In this document: positions 31,768 to 40,490 of the stretch, in pieces
How the letters are laid out: each line of letters starts with the position of its first letter
Position numbering within the stretch: the stretch's first letter is position 1
Translations under genes and position numbers: made by a program
Origin: a virus
Direction: 5' to 3' (one strand)
IMG/VR virus record: IMGVR_UViG_3300030116_004255
Span: 17,956-81,955 of that record
Length of the DNA: 64,000 bases
Notes under the pieces: model-generated
Databases searched by the model: none
What the model saw: only the letters and a program-made list of their open reading frames with translations
Told to the model about the DNA's origin: nothing

Positions 31768-31935
31768 ATGAAAATTAGAACAGTACAAAAAAATTATGCA
31801 CCAACTCTCAATCGTAAAGCGAGAAGACAGCTAGCAAAAAAGATTAGAAAAGATTTAAAGATTGAACAATCTAGATCTAAAAAAGGCAAGGCTGAACCTC
31901 TCGATTCAGCCGATGATGGGAGGAAGTCGGTTTAG
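31768..31935 (+). CDS. 55-aa basic protein (not in ORF track)
   Basis: MKIRTVQKNYAPTLNRKARRQLAKK... Confidence 0.5.
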   Translation: MKIRTVQKNYAPTLNRKARRQLAKKIRKDLKIEQSRSKKGKAEPLDSADDGRKSV

Positions 31936-31982
31936 TAGCCGACCTATTCACTATACAACATCGGACTTTGATTTTAGGTAAA

Positions 31983-32080
31983 TAAAAAGCAGGTGTCTTG
32001 GCACCTGCTCTTTATATCAGTATTTCCAGAAAGGCTAGTTTATGGAAAACCTTACTATGACACTTAGCCATAGACGATTA
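31983..32080 (-). ncRNA. Candidate anti-SD small RNA or structured 3' UTR
   Basis: Three hairpins; middle loop carries CUAGCCUUUC; ends in terminator. Confidence 0.45.
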
Positions 32081-32091
32081 CTTAATATATA

Positions 32092-32289
32092 TTACTTCTC
32101 TTCAAATTTTTTGCAAATTCCTAGATACAAATTTACTAGATCATCTGCGTCTTGAACTAAATTAATTCCTTTGATCCTCATATAATTAAATTGCTTTAAC
32201 ACAACTTCTTTTAGATCAGAATCGCTAATAAGTTCGTCTATTGCATCTTCTCTTTTTGTACCTGGCGGAAAATCTGGTATCTCTGCCAT
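32092..32289 (-). CDS. Hypothetical protein
   Basis: 65 aa, TAATG-coupled. Confidence 0.6.
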   Translation of the reverse strand: MAEIPDFPPGTKREDAIDELISDSDLKEVVLKQFNYMRIKGINLVQDADDLVNLYLGICKKFEEK

Positions 32290-32528
32290 TATGCTGTCCC
32301 TTCTGCTTTTATACCAGTATAGGCTTCATTACTATCTGATAAAGCTGGTCTTATACTACAAGTAGGGAAATCATCTTTACGATAAACAAAATGTTCTAAC
32401 ATTTGTATTTTAAAATTCTTAAAAGCGTCCTCATCATCTTTACCTTCAACTGTAAAAACAATTTCATAGTCTAAAATCGGTTCACTCATTTGTTCCCTCA
32501 ATACTTTTATATTTCTTGTGTATGTCAC
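32289..32528 (-). CDS. Hypothetical protein
   Basis: ORF in operon; start uncertain. Confidence 0.55.
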   Translation of the reverse strand: MTYTRNIKVLREQMSEPILDYEIVFTVEGKDDEDAFKNFKIQMLEHFVYRKDDFPTCSIRPALSDSNEAYTGIKAEGTA

Positions 32529-32691
32529 TATGATACTCTATATTGCTTTGCATTAAGAGATCATTTTGACTTGTTTGTTTAAAATCAAATATTTTTTGTA
32601 CTTCTTTTAAAGCATCTGATTCATTATCAGCTTCTATAATGTAATCTTCAGTTAATTCAAAACTAACCATTATTTTCATTTTTACTGACAC
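32482..32691 (-). CDS. Hypothetical protein
   Basis: GGGAG directly upstream; IEADNESDA motif. Confidence 0.55.
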   Translation of the reverse strand: MSVKMKIMVSFELTEDYIIEADNESDALKEVQKIFDFKQTSQNDLLMQSNIEYHSDIHKKYKSIEGTNE

Positions 32692-32700
32692 CTCCCAATA

Positions 32701-32781
32701 TCTATTCTACTCTATTCTATTCTTATCTACTCTATTCTACTCTATTCTAGGGCGTGACTGTCACAAATGTCACATGTGACA
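32701..32781. repeat. (TCTAY)n pentamer run plus four GTSAC sites
   Basis: TCTATTCTACTCTATTCTAT... then GTGACTGTCACAAATGTCACATGTGAC. Confidence 0.85.
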
Positions 32782-32901
32782 TAAAAACTTTGATTTCCTT
32801 ATTTTTATTGACTTTTTTAAAAGTCGCAGTCGGAAACAGTTAACAAAAATTTAATACTGAAATATTTGGTTTTCCGAACAAATGTTCTACTATGGTCAGC
32901 T

Positions 32902-33048
32902 ATGGATTATTTAATAGGATTTATATTTGGATATTTTGTTAAAGAAACTTTTGCATTTCTGAAAAGATTAAGCGAATGGGACTGGCAAAATCGTTTGGTT
33001 TATGACCAAGATATATTTATGCCTCTTACTGAGGATGATTTACCCTAA
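32902..33048 (+). CDS. Small membrane protein
   Basis: MDYLIGFIFGYFVKE hydrophobic N-terminus. Confidence 0.55.
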   Translation: MDYLIGFIFGYFVKETFAFLKRLSEWDWQNRLVYDQDIFMPLTEDDLP

Positions 33049-34491
33049 AACCTCTTGATCAAACACAAGTGTGTCTTGTATCAAAGATCTAATAACTAAT
33101 CGACCTGTTAATTCTGCAAAATGTGGTACAACTGCATTTCCGAGAGCTTTAAGTCTATCAATATCGTTTTCTTGTCTTTCTGCAACTCTTAGTATGTTAT
33201 TTTCCCATTGACTATCTACACCCCAAGAATTTGTCATTCCAAGTTCAGCCAACCATCTGGGTAGCCCATAAGTCTGTTCACCCAAGCTGGGTTCAGTCGC
33301 ATACCAATCAATTCTGGATTCCGTTCCCCAACATCCATCTCCAGCGTAGAGCCGTGTGATCCACTCGCCACTGAGGGAGCTTTCTTGTTTACTGGCTTGC
33401 TGGCCTGACTGGCTCTGGGTGTCGAAAATGTCTCCTTTTCCACCCACTCTATCACTTCTATTGTCGTCAGTTCTTTCTCGAACTTTATTTCGTTCAAGTG
33501 TGGTTTGATCTTGCTCCAGTCCTCCAGACTCGGATAACTGAATCCGCTCTGATCGTAGCGATACCAATGATCCACTGTCGTTTTCTTTATCTTGGTCAGC
33601 TTTGCTAACTTGGTCGCCCCTATCTGACTTCTTATGTAGTCCACCCAGTCCTTCTGTGGTGGTAGAAGTGGTCGATTGATCATCTCGTGATCCTGATAAT
33701 AAACCATTAGGCTCGGATCTTTCTCTATCATATCCATCCAAACTTGATCGCTCAATGTTCTCTGTATCCTGTGGCCTGACGATCTCCTGGTTTTCCCCTG
33801 CATTAGTTTCGTCGCGTGTTTCAAGCTGTCGTCTTTCTGATCCATTGTCGTTGGTGTTAACCAAATCTTTGGGTTCTCTCGTAAGTTCCCAGTACCTTTT
33901 CTTTTGCTCTTCCTCTCTGGATCTCCACGATACAACGCTCTCTCCAAAGCGTCCCCTGATCTCGGTTCTAAGTGATCCAAAGTGTTCGGTGTCTCCCACG
34001 ATTCCAACTCCCACCCATCTTTGTCTTTTGTGTCTTGCTCCAACGAATTTTGCTGATACAAGTTGCCATTCAAATCGATAGTACCGCATTTTGGCCACAC
34101 CTTTGAGGACACGGTTAATGGCTTCTCCGTCACTTGCTCTGAGGATGTTTGGTACATTTTCCAAGAGGAAGATTGGTGGTCGTAGCTCATCAATAAATCT
34201 TTCGACTTCATCCCATAACCATCTTTCATCTTTTACTCCTTTCTGGTTTCCTGCAACACTTACAGGCTGACATGGAAATCCAGCACTTAATATATCTATT
34301 TTAGGTAGATATTTTGTATTTATCTCTTCTACGCTTTTATTTAAAACTAAACTATTAGGAAAATTTTGTTGTAAAACCTTTGTACAAAATTCGTCATTGT
34401 CTATCTGCCAAGCTACATCTGAAACCAGGCCTGATCTAATAAGGCCTAACTCTATACCGCCGATACCAGCAAACATACTTCCTAACTTCAT
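33040..34491 (-). CDS. C5-cytosine DNA methyltransferase, alpha chain
   Basis: FAGIGG, GFPCQ, ENV, HKRQR, motif X LKALGNAVVP; central region low complexity. Confidence 0.93.
   Translation of the reverse strand: MKLGSMFAGIGGIELGLIRSGLVSDVAWQIDNDEFCTKVLQQNFPNSLVLNKSVEEINTKYLPKIDILSAGFPCQPVSVAGNQKGVKDERWLWDEVERFIDELRPPIFLLENVPNILRASDGEAINRVLKGVAKMRYYRFEWQLVSAKFVGARHKRQRWVGVGIVGDTEHFGSLRTEIRGRFGESVVSWRSREEEQKKRYWELTREPKDLVNTNDNGSERRQLETRDETNAGENQEIVRPQDTENIERSSLDGYDRERSEPNGLLSGSRDDQSTTSTTTEGLGGLHKKSDRGDQVSKADQDKENDSGSLVSLRSERIQLSESGGLEQDQTTLERNKVRERTDDNRSDRVGGKGDIFDTQSQSGQQASKQESSLSGEWITRLYAGDGCWGTESRIDWYATEPSLGEQTYGLPRWLAELGMTNSWGVDSQWENNILRVAERQENDIDRLKALGNAVVPHFAELTGRLVIRSLIQDTLVFDQEVLG
33234..34229 (-). 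CDS. Nested alternate-frame C5-MTase beta chain
   Basis: WETP/WLTP/FSTP modules and terminal LNPAWVNRLMGYPDGW (motif IX-like). Confidence 0.8.
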   Translation of the reverse strand: MKDGYGMKSKDLLMSYDHQSSSWKMYQTSSEQVTEKPLTVSSKVWPKCGTIDLNGNLYQQNSLEQDTKDKDGWELESWETPNTLDHLEPRSGDALERALYRGDPERKSKRKGTGNLRENPKIWLTPTTMDQKDDSLKHATKLMQGKTRRSSGHRIQRTLSDQVWMDMIEKDPSLMVYYQDHEMINRPLLPPQKDWVDYIRSQIGATKLAKLTKIKKTTVDHWYRYDQSGFSYPSLEDWSKIKPHLNEIKFEKELTTIEVIEWVEKETFSTPRASQASKPVNKKAPSVASGSHGSTLEMDVGERNPELIGMRLNPAWVNRLMGYPDGWLNLE

Positions 34492-35234
34492 TTAATTCTT
34501 TCTTTTGCTATCCTGCAATATTTTTCCATTATTTCTATTCCTATAAAATTTCTATTAGTGTTTAGACAAGCAACACCAGTAGATCCTGATCCCATTGTAA
34601 AATCTAGCACTGTTTGATCTTCAAGCGTATAAGTTTCTATTAAATATTCTAATAAAGCAACTGGTTTTTGTGTTGGGTGATATGACTTCTGATTTTTCTT
34701 TTGGTTATCTCTTGGAAAGTAAAGCATGTTGTGTTTTGTTCTGTGTGTGTAGGTCACATACTTTCTACGGCCATTTTCTAAATTCTTTTTAGCAGTGGAA
34801 AAACTCTCGCCACCAGAAATTGTGCGGACTCTAGTTATAGGCTTTGCTAGTTTTTCCCCCTGCCAATCGTAATCAGGTTGTTCTTTATAAAATATAGATA
34901 TGTTTTCGTTTTTTCTCATAGGTTGTTTTTTACTAAAGGCCTGACCAGTTCCTTTATCTTTTTCCCAGATCCAGTCATATCTATATTCCTCTATGTTAGA
35001 TAATCTTAAAAAACTACTAAAAGGTTCTAGGCCGAATAAAGCTATTGCTGTTCTGTCTTTTCTAATTCTTTTTATCTGACTCCACATTTCCTCTACTGGT
35101 ACTTGTTTGTCCCAGTCGTATTGAGTAGTTCCGTAAGGAAGATCAGTTAGTATAAAATCAATAGAGTTGTCGTCAATTAATTTCATAATCTCTAAACAGT
35201 TTCCGTTATACAGCTTCAATTCTTTCCTTTGCAA
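34488..35234 (-). CDS. N6/N4 DNA methyltransferase (beta class)
   Basis: DLPY ... HPTQKP ... DFTMGSGSTG. Confidence 0.93.
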   Translation of the reverse strand: MQRKELKLYNGNCLEIMKLIDDNSIDFILTDLPYGTTQYDWDKQVPVEEMWSQIKRIRKDRTAIALFGLEPFSSFLRLSNIEEYRYDWIWEKDKGTGQAFSKKQPMRKNENISIFYKEQPDYDWQGEKLAKPITRVRTISGGESFSTAKKNLENGRRKYVTYTHRTKHNMLYFPRDNQKKNQKSYHPTQKPVALLEYLIETYTLEDQTVLDFTMGSGSTGVACLNTNRNFIGIEIMEKYCRIAKERIK

Positions 35235-35868
35235 TGTTGTAATAATCCTCTACCAGCTCTATTCCTATAAATGCTCTATTTAGTTTTTTACAAACAACTC
35301 CAGTAGTCCCTACACCTAAGAAAGGATCAAGTATTAACTGATTTTCACTTGTAAAGTTTTCTATAAAGTAATGTGCAAGTTGTTCAGGCATAACAGCATT
35401 AAAGTCGCCATAGCTTTTTGTTCCTTTTGGTATATCAACAAAGTTTGTTATGAAATGTGTGTTTGCTTTTACTTTTTTCTTAGAGAAACATAAAATATAT
35501 TCGACTGAGTTAGTCACATAGTATTGTGCTGAACTAGGTGTAGCATTTTTCTTATACCAAATAAAATTTTGTTCTAATAGATCTGCATAATGGCCTATTA
35601 ATTTAAATACTTGTTTTTTGTTTCTAGCATTTGCTTGTATGTTCCAGAAAACATAGTGGTCTGTAATTCTTAATAGCTCGTCTATGATTTGTGTACACCA
35701 ATCAAAATAGTCAGGCCTTTTGTCTTTAAATTGATCGTATTTAGATTTTGCTTTAGAGTCTAATTCTTTGTTAAGGCCTATATTGTAAGGTGGACTTGTA
35801 AATGTATGATCTACTGTGTTTTCACCGAGTTCTTTTATAATTTCTAAACAGTCACCGTTATATATCAT
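35206..35868 (-). CDS. N4/N6 DNA methyltransferase
   Basis: TSPPY ... DPFLGVGTTG. Confidence 0.93.
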   Translation of the reverse strand: MIYNGDCLEIIKELGENTVDHTFTSPPYNIGLNKELDSKAKSKYDQFKDKRPDYFDWCTQIIDELLRITDHYVFWNIQANARNKKQVFKLIGHYADLLEQNFIWYKKNATPSSAQYYVTNSVEYILCFSKKKVKANTHFITNFVDIPKGTKSYGDFNAVMPEQLAHYFIENFTSENQLILDPFLGVGTTGVVCKKLNRAFIGIELVEDYYNIAKERIEAV

Positions 35869-36925
35869 CAACCTGTTCCCAAGTTCTGGTGCGATCACCA
35901 AAATGAGAAAATTGACTATCTTTGTAATATTGCACCTGTTTTAAATTCAATCTTTCTATTATTGCTTCAGGCCTAAAGTCAAAGCATTGAATAAATTTCT
36001 CTATACTTGCACGCCTCTTTTTTTCTGTTCCATTAAAAGCTACACTTAGTTCTATTGGGTGTTCCATACCTATTCCATAGGACAACCTAACTAAGGCATC
36101 TTCGCACATACCATGTTCTACTAAATTGACAGCTAAGTGTCTAGCAGCATAAGCGCCAGATCTGTCAACTTTACTTGGATCTTTACCAGAGAAAGCACCA
36201 CCGCCAACAGGTATTGTAGGTCCGTAGCTATCTACTACTATTTTCCTACCAGTCACTCCTGTGTCTGCTGCTGGTCCACCTTTTGTAAAAGATCCAGATG
36301 GATTTACATGAAGTGTAAAATCTGGACCTATTATATTTTCAACTAAGCTAACTAACTTACCTTCGTATTCATTTTTTTCTAATTCTGTTTGTACTGAGAT
36401 AACTACTGTATATCCGCCATTTTCAGTCACTTGTACTTTTGAGTCCAAGCCATAAAAATAATCATACTTTTGTAGCTCCCATAGATCCATTTGTATTTCT
36501 CTAGCTAAATCAAATTCGTGAGGTAAAAGCGTTGATGTTTTATTTGTTGCAAATCCAATCATAATACCCTGATCTCCTGCACCCTTTTTAGCTACAACTG
36601 CATCTCTAATTTCTATACTTTGTGGTGATATATTTTCACTAAGAGTATATTTATTTAGATCAAATTCTTTATGACTGTTTCTTATGTTTTTTTCTAAAAC
36701 ATCTTTGACTAGATAAGGTATTGTTTGTTTTATTTCGTGATAGGTAGTTTCTGTCATTTCGCCACCCAACACAACTAATCCTCCACTTTCATTACCAGTA
36801 ATTAATGTTTCTATTGCTACTTTACAATCTGGATTTTCTACTAAAGCTCTGTCTAATATTCTGTCAGAAATTTGATCTGCTATTTTATCTGGGTGTCCAG
36901 GGGACACAAATTCTGCTGTTTTCAT
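35858..36925 (-). CDS. metK: S-adenosylmethionine synthetase
   Basis: EFVSPGHPDKIADQISD, GAGDQG, GRKIVVDSYG, GGGAFSGKDPSKVDRS. Confidence 0.95.
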   Translation of the reverse strand: MKTAEFVSPGHPDKIADQISDRILDRALVENPDCKVAIETLITGNESGGLVVLGGEMTETTYHEIKQTIPYLVKDVLEKNIRNSHKEFDLNKYTLSENISPQSIEIRDAVVAKKGAGDQGIMIGFATNKTSTLLPHEFDLAREIQMDLWELQKYDYFYGLDSKVQVTENGGYTVVISVQTELEKNEYEGKLVSLVENIIGPDFTLHVNPSGSFTKGGPAADTGVTGRKIVVDSYGPTIPVGGGAFSGKDPSKVDRSGAYAARHLAVNLVEHGMCEDALVRLSYGIGMEHPIELSVAFNGTEKKRRASIEKFIQCFDFRPEAIIERLNLKQVQYYKDSQFSHFGDRTRTWEQVDDI

Positions 36926-37458
36926 TTACTCAACCTTTCCATAATGATTTGTTTTGGTAAAAAGTTCCAACAGTAGTAGGAACTAGAAAAAGTAGGGCTA
37001 CCCATACTCTTACCATCTTTAAAATATTGTATACGCTTATCAAACATAAGTAGTTCTAAATCACGATTTTCAAATAAATACTTAGGTGCGGAGTCATTTA
37101 GCCAAGTATTAGACATAAGCAGTGCAAAAGGTTTATTAAAAAATAAAGCTCTTTCAAATATTTGTCTTTTGTTGGTAAATGGTGGATTACTAACAATAAT
37201 GTCCCAATGTTCGTCAGGTTCATAGGTATAAAAGTCTTGTCCGTCAAAAATGTGTGAATTTATAACTTTATTGCGTTCCTGGATCTTTTTTACAAAAAAA
37301 CTGTGTTCTTGATCAAAAGGACACCAAACTACTGCATTTTCAGGAATATATTTTAAAATTGGCTGAACTGCGTATTCTGGGGTATAACACTCGTCATTTT
37401 TACCTTTTGAGTATAAAACTTTATTACTTTCTAACCCCCAGCGATCAGTTGACTTCAT
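36922..37458 (-). CDS. Small adenine methyltransferase
   Basis: DECYTP, WCPFD, SNPPF. Confidence 0.8.
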   Translation of the reverse strand: MKSTDRWGLESNKVLYSKGKNDECYTPEYAVQPILKYIPENAVVWCPFDQEHSFFVKKIQERNKVINSHIFDGQDFYTYEPDEHWDIIVSNPPFTNKRQIFERALFFNKPFALLMSNTWLNDSAPKYLFENRDLELLMFDKRIQYFKDGKSMGSPTFSSSYYCWNFLPKQIIMERLSK

Positions 37459-37984
37459 TTCCCCAGCTATCCCATCCTTCGGCTGTTTCTCTTGCGAATA
37501 ATTCTATTCTAGGAAGATCTCCACAAAGTTCAATGATATCGTTCCTAATTCTGTCAGGTTTCTTGCTGTGTCTTGATCGTGGTTCAATTACTAATTCTTT
37601 TACAGCTTTAGAAACTCTGCTTGGTTTTCCTTTTGTAGCTAATAAACATAATTCTGGATTACCTCTTGTCCAATAACCTAAACCAGTAAAAAATCCCTCT
37701 GACTTAATATTTTTCTTTATCCAGTTAAAAGCTACTGTTTTATAAGTAAATCCCCAACTATCGATTACTTCAAAGGCCTGTGGTAATGAGTGATTAACTA
37801 CCCAAAGAAATAAAACACAATTAGTATCTGCAATATCGTTTACTGGTAATGACTTTATCCAGTTAAGATCTTGTGTTTCGTAATGTTGATTAGGATTTCG
37901 TCCCTCGCCTTTTTTACTAAAGTTTTTAAAACTCCACGGTGGATCTGCATAAATTATGTTGTATTTATTATTTGGGAACTCCAT
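37445..37984 (-). CDS. MT-A70 family adenine methyltransferase
   Basis: IYADPPW, LFLWV, HSKKP, IELFAR..GWDSWGNE. Confidence 0.93.
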   Translation of the reverse strand: MEFPNNKYNIIYADPPWSFKNFSKKGEGRNPNQHYETQDLNWIKSLPVNDIADTNCVLFLWVVNHSLPQAFEVIDSWGFTYKTVAFNWIKKNIKSEGFFTGLGYWTRGNPELCLLATKGKPSRVSKAVKELVIEPRSRHSKKPDRIRNDIIELCGDLPRIELFARETAEGWDSWGNEVN

Positions 37985-38042
37985 AAATAAATTATAGAAA
38001 TATTACAACTTAAAATCAAGTTATGCTAAATTATATATATAA

Positions 38043-38128
38043 CGAGAAAGTCAATCTGTACTTCTGTACAAGACTGATCCTTTTTTGTTCGATACTGATC
38101 AGAGGCCTCACGCAAGTGAGGTCTTTGT
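38043..38128 (+). ncRNA. Candidate small RNA antisense to early-cassette leaders
   Basis: Terminator with GCAA loop and G-U pairs valid only on the plus strand although both flanking genes are minus. Confidence 0.5.
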
Positions 38129-38132
38129 GATT

Positions 38133-38798
38133 CTAGCTCGAATAACGGATTTCAAAGACGATTGGCTTATCACTGTCGTCTTTTTCTTTATGTTCTCGTC
38201 TTGACCAATCTTTAGGGTTAGATCTCTCTAAAAACCATGCACTAGCCTGCCAAACACCATTACTAGCTGCGTCTGTAATCACTGCTAAATGCGAAATTTC
38301 GCCATCAACTTTTGCTTTTTTTATAGACTCCCAAAACTCCCATAAATTTAAATCATCAGCGTTTTTTATGAGATCTGGATCACCACCGCAGGCCTCATCT
38401 ATCTTTTGCGCCTCTTGTTGCCACCTATAAAAGGTAGTTTCAGAGATCCCTGCAAATGTAGCTGCTTTAGAATTAGCAAGTCCTAATTTCAGTGCTTTAT
38501 CCAATTTTCCAATAGTATCAGTATTTAATTTACTAGGCCTACCAGTTGGTTTTCCTAATACTTCAACTTTTTCCTCTATTTCATCAATTTCGGCTGAATT
38601 TTCAACGATTTCGACTTCTTGAACCTTATCGTCGACTGTAAATTCTGTATCCGCCAGCTTTATATCGTCTATACCTAGATCATCTAGCGCTATTGGATCT
38701 GGATCCGCTACTGTGTTCTCTTGATCTATATTATCTTGGGAAACTGGATCATTATCTTGATCATCTTGCATTTGTTTCCAAATATTCGTCATATCCAT
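38133..38798 (-). CDS. Terminase small subunit-like HTH protein
   Basis: GRPSKL..AGISETTFYRW..WQASAWFLER. Confidence 0.7.
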   Translation of the reverse strand: MDMTNIWKQMQDDQDNDPVSQDNIDQENTVADPDPIALDDLGIDDIKLADTEFTVDDKVQEVEIVENSAEIDEIEEKVEVLGKPTGRPSKLNTDTIGKLDKALKLGLANSKAATFAGISETTFYRWQQEAQKIDEACGGDPDLIKNADDLNLWEFWESIKKAKVDGEISHLAVITDAASNGVWQASAWFLERSNPKDWSRREHKEKDDSDKPIVFEIRYSS

Positions 38799-38911
38799 AA
38801 TTATTACTATACATTAGATCTTTGATTCTTTGTGCATATCTGCTGTTATACATAATTCCATTATTATTAGCGCGCATAGCATAATAATTAGGGCAAAAAA
38901 ATTTTTTTTTA

Positions 38912-39026
38912 AAAAATATGGGGTATTGGGATAGGAAATGGCTGGTAATGGGAGGAAATTCATACCCCTGGGTAGGGGGGCTAGGCCTAGGGTAAAGGAG
39001 GCGAAACCCCTAAGCCTAACCGTGCA
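38912..39026 (-). ncRNA. Candidate C-rich anti-SD small RNA
   Basis: Hairpin loop GUUUCGCCUCCUUUA; second stem encloses UUUCCUCCC/UUUCCUAUCCC; T-tract end. Confidence 0.45.
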
Positions 39027-39067
39027 TCTAAGTTTATTTTAGTGTGTCGATCTTGATCTTAGGGATA

Positions 39068-39112
39068 TAAGAAAAGGGACTACCGTGTCCATACAATAGT
39101 CCCTATCTCTTC
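39068..39112 (-). terminator. Minus-strand terminator with no adjacent ORF
   Basis: AGGGACUAUUGU/ACGGUAGUCCCU stem plus UUUUCUU. Confidence 0.55.
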
Positions 39113-39486
39113 GCAACTGTGAATCGCTTATAGATCATAGTAATACCAGATCTTCATATTGTATAGTATCGACTTGTATTTTTATTGCCGATCTGCTGAC
39201 GCAATCAATTTCCATTATGATCGTGCTGGGGTATATTTTTGCTCGCATTAATTTTCAATAGCGATTTTTTTAACTACCCCTACCCCTAGCAGTCCATAAG
39301 ATTCTAAAGCTGAGGACCAGGTCCCCTGTGGACCTCAAATCAAATTAGCCGAAGTTGATCCAGAACAGCTACATTTTTGGTCTTTCGTAGATCTATTTTA
39401 GCTATTTAGATTTTTCTTAGAAAAGGGGTGCATACCTGTGATTTGCTGTTTAATATGGTTGTATCGGTTAAAGAAAGGTTAGAAAA

Positions 39487-39915
39487 ATGACTGATAAAAA
39501 AGTGGTTATAAAGGCGAAAGCTAAGACCAAAAGTAATAGAAAAGCAGAACGACCAGAAATTAGAATATTTAATTCTGGTAAGTTCAACAATGATACAAAT
39601 GGGGACAAAGAGGTTTTTAGAAATCTAAAGTCCTCTAGTATCTGTTCTCTTAAAATGGAACGCACTAGCGAAACTACTTGTAAAGTGTTCGTTGGGTTCG
39701 TTGGTTATACTACCGTTGAGGGCGACAAGAAAGACGATACTTTGTATGTCGTTCACGCTGTCCCTCTAGCTGAGTGGCGTAAACTTCGTTCAAGTATCCT
39801 TAAAGGTAATAGCGTTGGTCGTGCTTACGGTAAGTTCAATAGTCCTATTGAAAGTATTAACGACAACCACGAAATTGAAAAGACACCACGATACGAAACA
39901 GAAAGACTAAAGTAA
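39487..39915 (+). CDS. KTSC-like domain protein (cassette 1)
   Basis: SSSI..V.F..Y..VP..W..L..SVG pattern; AGAAAGGTTAG RBS. Confidence 0.55.
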   Translation: MTDKKVVIKAKAKTKSNRKAERPEIRIFNSGKFNNDTNGDKEVFRNLKSSSICSLKMERTSETTCKVFVGFVGYTTVEGDKKDDTLYVVHAVPLAEWRKLRSSILKGNSVGRAYGKFNSPIESINDNHEIEKTPRYETERLK

Positions 39916-40055
39916 TGGAGTTTTATTGTTTCGTTTGTGATAAGGAAGTGGGCGACAATCAAGCACAATATTGCGACTGGGATAATATCCCAGTTGCATT
40001 TTGTCCTGACTGTAATGTTTCACTAAATAGAATAGTTATGAAAGTAGGTAAATAA
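39915..40055 (+). CDS. 46-aa CxxC zinc-finger microprotein
   Basis: MEFYCFVCD...FCPDC; TAATG-coupled. Confidence 0.6.
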   Translation: MEFYCFVCDKEVGDNQAQYCDWDNIPVAFCPDCNVSLNRIVMKVGK

Positions 40056-40202
40056 ATGTTATCAATACAGGGACTAATATTAGTTTCAATGTTTTTCTTT
40101 GCAGTAGGCTTTTTCACTGCTGAGGGAATTTGGATACTAAAAGATTATAAATTAGATAGAGAAGTCAAAAAGACTTATAAAGATATGGGGGTGCATAGTT
40201 GA
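40056..40202 (+). CDS. 48-aa membrane microprotein
   Basis: MLSIQGLILVSMFFFAVGFF. Confidence 0.55.
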   Translation: MLSIQGLILVSMFFFAVGFFTAEGIWILKDYKLDREVKKTYKDMGVHS

Positions 40203-40284
40203 GGTTCTTATTTAAAATATTAGAACACACACTCAACCCACCACCACCGAAAAGAAAGTATAAAAAGAAAAAGCAATAGGACAG

Positions 40285-40320
40285 AAAGTCCCCTCTAGGA
40301 AACTAGGGGGGATTTTTTTT
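40285..40320 (+). terminator. Cassette 1 terminator
   Basis: Stem with GAAA loop plus T8. Confidence 0.85.
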
Positions 40321-40440
40321 ATGCTTTGATATGCGTGTCGCTGATCAGATTTCGCTAGATTAAGGGAAATTTTCAATCTCGTTTTAGAAATCTCGGAGCA
40401 TGATCTGATTCAGCTAAATTTATAAATCCACCTTTAATAC

Positions 40441-40469
40441 TTGACGATCTTGCGTCGCTAGATCACAAT
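40441..40469 (+). promoter_or_regulatory. Sigma70-type promoter, cassette 2
   Basis: TTGACG-N17-CACAAT. Confidence 0.65.
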
Positions 40470-40490
40470 AAGAGTAGAAAGGTTAGGTAT

